36,077 bases of DNA from Macrostomum lignano (lineage: Eukaryota), in assembly GCA_002269645.1 (NCBI GenBank), contig NIVC01000360.1:1-36077 (forward strand). Reading direction: 5' to 3'. Each line of letters begins with the position of its first letter. Within the stretch, counting starts at the first letter, position 1. Under the pieces are notes generated by a model, which was not told where the DNA came from, did not search any database, and saw only the letters and a list, made by a program, of their open reading frames with translations. A program made the position numbers and the translations under genes. Shown piece by piece: positions 30,690 through 36,077 of the stretch.

Positions 30690-33600
30690 ATGGCCGCTTG
30701 AATCTCTTCTGGCTGATCACAGTGAACGTCGGCACTCCATCGGCGCTCGGGCTTCTTCAACTGGCAGTCGCGGCAGGAAGCGCTGCTGCCGGCACTCCAG
30801 CTCGGACGAGGCAGAGCCGGCCGCGGCCAACCCGGCACACGCCGCCGCTGCAGCGTCAGCAACCGCTTCAACAGCAGCCAACTTCAAAGGGACTCAAAGT
30901 AAGCGGACTCGACTTCAGCAGCACCGCGACGATGTAAATATCGGCGCCACTGAGACAGCGTGGACTGCTGACCGCGACGATGTCGGGACTGCTGGCCAGG
31001 CGATCCCCAACGCGGCCAACAGCAGCAGCGGCAGTTTGAACACTGTCGATGATTTCGTCATGGCACCAGCGATTGCCGGAGGAGCGTCAGCGTCGGCCGC
31101 CGCTTTGTCGTCTGTCGATGCCGGCGTTACTGGCGGCGTCACCACCCGGTCGCGGATTCGCGAATCGGCCGCGCTGGCTCTGGTTGAGGAGCTCCGACTG
31201 CGGCCGAAATCATTTGAGCACCTGCCACCTGAGGTGTACTGCCGCATCCTGCAGTACCTGTCCATTGTCGAGCTGATGCGGGTCACCTCGGTCAATCGGC
31301 AATTCCATGCCGCCGTCACGAAGCACCTGCGATTGGCCAAGCGAATCAACTTCTGTAGCGGCTTGCCGTTCACCTTCTTGTCCGAATCTCTTGACGACCT
31401 GACGCTGGCCTCTGTGCTGTCCCTGTGCCCGGAGGTCACTCACATTCTTGGCTTCTATCCTCGTAGGATTTTGCACCGAGCTCCTCAGCAGCCACAGCAG
31501 CAGGGAGCGACGGCTGCTGCCAATTCGCAAGCCGCCTCTTCTGCTTCTTCCTCCGTAGGTGCTAGCCGAACTAACCGATTCCTCACCTACGGCGGCATCC
31601 TGCAAGCGCTGAAGCAGTGCAAGAAGCTCAAATCAATCGAAATCATGGACGTCGACTTGATGTCGCGTCTTATCGCTTCCTTTCCTCGCGTGAAATTTCA
31701 CGGCATGTTTCGCAATCGGCCGGACATTTGGGACTGCGAGCGGGCTTACGAAGGCCCGAGTCCGTTGCCTAGCAGCGCCACGAAACTGCTGCTTAGCCCG
31801 CAGATTAACAGCCTCACTAAGGTTAGTCTGGTTTCTTATTTACAGACCATCCTCTGGTGTGACTCTACTGGGTTTATCGAATCAATGATCGGTCCTGCCG
31901 CCACCTCCACCCTCCCAGATCTTTAGTCGCTGGGACACCGCCACCCTCCCAGATTCTCAGTTGCTGTGCCAGCCTCCCAGATTCTCAGTTGCTGGGCCAG
32001 CCTCCGAGATCCTCAGTTGCTGTGCCAGCCTCCGAGATCCTCAGTTGCTGTGCCAGCCTCCGAGATCCTCAGTTGCTGGGCCAGCCTCCCAGATTCTCAG
32101 TTGCTGGGCCAGCCTCCCAGATCCTCAGTTGCTGGGTCAGCCTCCGAGATCGTCAGTTGCTGGGCCTCACTGGGCCTCGAATCTCACTTAGCTAGCAGAG
32201 AAGATACTACTTGGGTTTTTGTATAAAATACCCAGCTGTAGTGCCTACACCGCAACAGGCATTCAATGTTGCAAAATATTTTGTTTTTATTTTCGCAGGT
32301 GGATTTGCAGACAGTCTGTCTGAACACCCTGCCCAAGATGGACTGCGTCCGCTACCTGTACCTGAAGTGGGTCCGCTTTGCCAGCAACGATCCGTTCGTG
32401 AACTTCAGCGCGCCCAAGCTGCAGACCTTCGTGATGAACAACTGCGCCGGGCCCAGCAACGCATTTCGCTATCTGCGCGTGTTCACCGCCCTGGCCAAAG
32501 CGCCGCAGCTGGCCCGGCTGGAGCTCACTGGCCTGCGCTTCATCACCGGCCTCATTGAGCACATTGTTGACGAGATTGGCGTCGACTCTCGGGCGTTCCG
32601 CGCTCTACAGAAGCTGTCGCTGTCCAGCAACAGGTCTGCCAGCGAAATTGACGCCGGCTGCCTGCTGCTGGCCTCCTCCGCCGGGCTCAGCTGCGCCTCT
32701 CTGCAGAGCAGCCTGTGCAAAGACTCGCTGTTCGTGTCGCTCACCTATGCCCAGGCTCAGTTTCCTAAGCTGGACACGCTGACCTTGGGTTATAAGGATC
32801 CCTGTCCTGACCTGGATAGGTAACTACTGCTCCAGTGCTATTGTCTTTCAGGCACTCACTCAGTCACTTCAGTTGCTCACTCCAGTCAGACACCCCTCCA
32901 GTTGCTCACTCAATCACTCACTGCAGTTACACAATCAGTCACTCACTCCAGTTATTTACTCCAGTCACTCACTCCAGTTATTCACTCCAGTCACTCACTC
33001 CAGTCACTCACTCAGTCACTCACTCCACTCACTCACTCCAGTCACTCACTTCAGTTATTCACTCCAGTCACTCACTCCAGTTATTCACTCCAGTCACTCA
33101 CTCAGTCACTCACTCCACTCACTCACTCCAGTCACTCACTTCAGTTATTCACTCCAGTCACTCACTCCAGTTATTCACTCCAGTCACTCGCTCCAGTTAT
33201 TCACTCCAGTCACTCACTCAGTCACTCGCTCCAGTTATTCACTCCAGTCACTCACTCAGTCACTCACTCAGTCACTCACTCCAGTTATTCACTCCAGTCA
33301 CTCACTCCAGTTATTCACTCCAGTCACTCACTCAGTCACCCACTCCAGTTATTCACTCCAGTCACTCACTCAGTCACCCACTCCAGTTATTCACTCCAGT
33401 CACTCACTCCAGTCACTCACTCCAGTTATTCACTCCAGTCACTCACTCAGTCACTCGCTCCAGTTATTCACTCCAGTCACTCACTCAGTCACTCACTCAG
33501 TCACTCACTCCAGTCACTCACTCCAGTTATTCACTCCAGTCACTCACTCCAGTTATTCACTCCAGTCACTCACTCAGTCACTCGCTCCAGTTATTCACTC

Positions 33601-34416
33601 CAGTCACTCACTCAGTCACCCACTCCAGTTATTCACTCCAGTCACTCACTCAGTCACTCACTCCAGTCACTCACTCCAGTTATTCACTCCAGTCACTCAC
33701 CCAGTCACTCGCTCCAGTTATTCACTCCAGTCACTCACTCCAGTTATTCACTCTAGTCACTCAGTCACTTACTTAGTCACTCGGAAACATTGTCCCACAG
33801 CCAGTGCTGTGGCAATGCTGCCCATTCCGCCGACTGCTGAGCATACAAGCGCGCCAATACTGTACGCAGCCACGCACTCATGCACACGCTCACACAGGGT
33901 GTACAGCGGCACGAAATCGAACCAGGGGTTCGTGGCGCGTGACTTAGTCTGACGGTCAGTCAGTTATCAGCAAACTATACTACTAGTTTCTATTTAGTAG
34001 TGTGATGCGGTCTAAAGCACAAGCCTACGCTATCAAATCGCAGGTCTCAATTCACCGTGGAGCCAACTGATCCGCCCTGCCAGCTCACCGACTACGGCAT
34101 GGCCTACGTTGGCCGCTGTTTCAACCGCCTGACCAACCTGACCGTCTGCCGGGCTCCGTTCCTCACCGACCCCACCCGCTGGCTGGACCAGCCGCTGCCC
34201 ATATTCGAGCCGCTCCGCTGCCTGACCCTGGAATCCTGCCAGTGCATGGTGGCCGGCCGCCTGGCCGATTTCATGGCCCAACTGCCCAATATGGAGATGC
34301 TGGTACTGCGCGACATGTTCGCGCCAGCGCCTCGCGGCTGCGACTATTTGGGTGTTGCCGCTGGTCAGCGCTGGTCTATTATGCCGCATAGTTGCGTAAC
34401 TAGGGACTCCGTTCAG
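30690..34416 (+). CDS. FBXO38: F-box only protein 38, 5' portion: exons ~30690-31821, 32299-32819, 34044-34416. It probably continues downstream, and the start codon is inferred.
   Basis: F-box FEHLPPEVYCRILQYLSIVELMR. FBXO38-like motifs FHGMFRNR, VRYLYLKWVRF, LQTFVMNNCAGPSN, FPKLDTLTLGY, LTDYGM and DMFAPAPRGC..GVAAG. Splice phases 0, 2 and 0 are consistent. Confidence 0.9.
31905..32165. repeat. 28-bp minisatellite in FBXO38 intron 1 (same family as SPART intron 1)
   Basis: Unit CCTCC(C/G)AGAT(C/T)CTCAGTTGCTG(G/T)GCCAG. Confidence 0.95.
32850..33775. repeat. Compound CAGTCACTCACT / CCAGTTATTCACT array in FBXO38 intron 2
   Basis: Direct reading; the array lies between donor 32820 and acceptor 34043. 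Confidence 0.95.
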
Positions 34417-34639
34417 GTGAGCTGTTTTAAAATTGAGGGCTGTAACCGTCTTATTTTGCCACTAATCAGATAACGAGGCTTTTAAGTATGTAAATAAAGT
34501 CATTGTTACTCCTTCCGTTTACCTTTGACGTCCTCAGGGCAAAATTTTCTTTCTTTGATACTAGCTAAATTTTTCCTAATTGACATTAGTTTGCACAAGT
34601 GCATTCCTTATGCGGCGGGCTTGTGGTTTTAAAACAACA

Positions 34640-35640
34640 CTGTGGCGCTAAATTGTCGCTAAAATCTACTCTGTGGCACTAAATTGGCGCTAAAATCTAA
34701 TCTGTGGCGCTAAATTATCGCTAAAATCTAGTCTGTGGCACTACATTGGCGCTAAAATCTAGTCTGTGGTGCTAAATCGGCGCTAAAATCTAGTCGTTGG
34801 CGCTTAATTGGCGCTAAACTCTAGTCTGTGGCGCTAAATTGGCGCTAAAATCTAGTCTGTGGCGCTTAATTGGCGCTAAACTCTAGTCTGTGGCGCTAAC
34901 TTGGCGCTAAAATCTAGTCTGTGGTGCTAAATTGGCGCTAAACTCTAGTCTGTGGCACTAAATTTGCGCTAAACTCTAGTCTGTGGCACTAAATTGGCGC
35001 TAAAATCTAGTCTGTGGCGCTTAATTGGCGCTAAACTCTAGTCTGTGGCGCTAACTTGGCGCTAAAATCTAGTCTGTGGTGCTAAATTGGAGCTAAAATC
35101 TAGTCTGTGGCGCTTGATTGGCGCTAAACTCTAGTCGGTGACGCTAACTTGGCGCTAAAATCTAGTCTGTGGCGCTTAATTGGCGCTAAACTCTAGTCTG
35201 TGGCGCTAAATTGGCGCTAAACTCTAGTCTGTGGTGCTAAATTGGCGCTAAACTCTAGTCTGTGGCACTAAATTTGCGCTAAACTCTAGTCTGTGGCACT
35301 AAATTGGCGCTAAAATCTAATCTGTGGCGCTTAATTATCGCTAAAATCTAGTCTGTGGCACTACATTGGCGCTAAAATCTAGTCTGTGGTGCTAAATTGG
35401 CGCTAAAATCTAGTCTGTGGCGCTTAATTGGCGCTAAACTCTAGTCTGTGGCGCTAAATTGGCGCTAAACTCTAGTCTGTGGCGCTAAATTGGCGCTAAA
35501 CTCTAGTCTGTGGCGCTAACTTGGCGCTAAACTCTAGTCTGTGGCGCTAACTTGGCGCTAAAATCTAGTCTGTGGCGCTAAATTGACGCTAAAATCTAGT
35601 CTGTGGCGCTAAATTAGCGCTAAAATATTGTCTGCGGCGC
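34640..35640. repeat. 31-bp minisatellite (~32 copies), probably in FBXO38 intron 3
   Basis: Unit TCTAGTCTGTGGCGCTAAATTGGCGCTAAA(A/C), with two TGGCGCTAA subrepeats. Confidence 0.95.
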
Positions 35641-35801
35641 GTCATCCCGAACTCGTGGAATCGAACCCAGTGGACCCCTGGAAGCTACTTTAAAATCCAA
35701 TTGAATGATTTCTCAGCGCGTAGCAATTCAAAGCCATGCCGTCTAACCGTAGCAGCATTTTTATAATAGCGATGCAACATCGGCGCTGCACCATTCGACA
35801 G

Positions 35802-36010
35802 GGCCTGTTTGTGCCAACCCGCCGGCCGGCCGCATGCTCGCCGCTTTTCCCAGCATCCGGCATCGACTATTCGGCTGCGGAGCTGACGAGTCCCAGTCTC
35901 AAGCTGACGCCGGGGCGGTAGGGCCGACTGCTGCTTCTGCCTCATCGTCGAATGCTTCAGCTGACGGAGGAGCTGGCGAGGCGCAGTTCTATAGTAGAGG
36001 CGTGCAGACT
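35802..36010 (+). other. GC-rich stretch, possible further FBXO38 exon; reading frame unresolved
   Basis: Ala/Ser/Gly-rich frames and candidate AG acceptors at 35801 and 35853, but no frame joins the phase-0 donor at 34416 and stays open. Confidence 0.3.
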
Positions 36011-36077
36011 TCGCGTGAGTGCCGCAGTTTTAATGACCTTTTTTAGTTATCGGTTGGTAGCTAAGGCGCTAACTAAT

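Noticed and set aside
32835-33952. Three long overlapping open frames (284-359 aa)
   Set aside because: A low-complexity intronic array that lacks stop triplets on +; the flanking FBXO38 exons splice across it in phase.

Overview
Eukaryotic genomic DNA, most likely the flatworm Macrostomum lignano or a close relative. This is inferred from the GC- and Ala-rich exons, the minisatellite-filled introns and a match to its spliced leader (SL) as I recall it. Four intron-containing genes lie on the + strand: MED7, SPART (spartin/SPG20), OPA1 (9 exons, ~970 aa) and the 5' part of FBXO38. Between SPART and OPA1 is a full-length, very young BEL/Pao LTR retrotransposon (7398-14422) with identical 270-bp LTRs, a TTACT target-site duplication (TSD), a tRNA-iMet primer-binding site (PBS) and a polypurine tract. 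The top observation is that both LTRs carry, just before their 3' end, a near-perfect copy of the Macrostomum SL exon ending in ATG but lacking the splice donor. This suggests a retrotransposon that has captured or mimics the host trans-splicing leader. Other observations: nearly every intron holds its own tandem array, and some arrays start at the 5' splice site with the donor changed to CT in every copy. MED7-SPART has operon-like spacing. There is a small TIR element with an 8-bp TSD plus a CpG-decayed inverted copy, a 5'-truncated LINE with a ~65-bp flanking duplication, and sharply bounded CpG-depleted intergenic domains. Several 1-bp frameshifts look like long-read indel errors. All gene names come from recognising motifs by eye; no searches were run.
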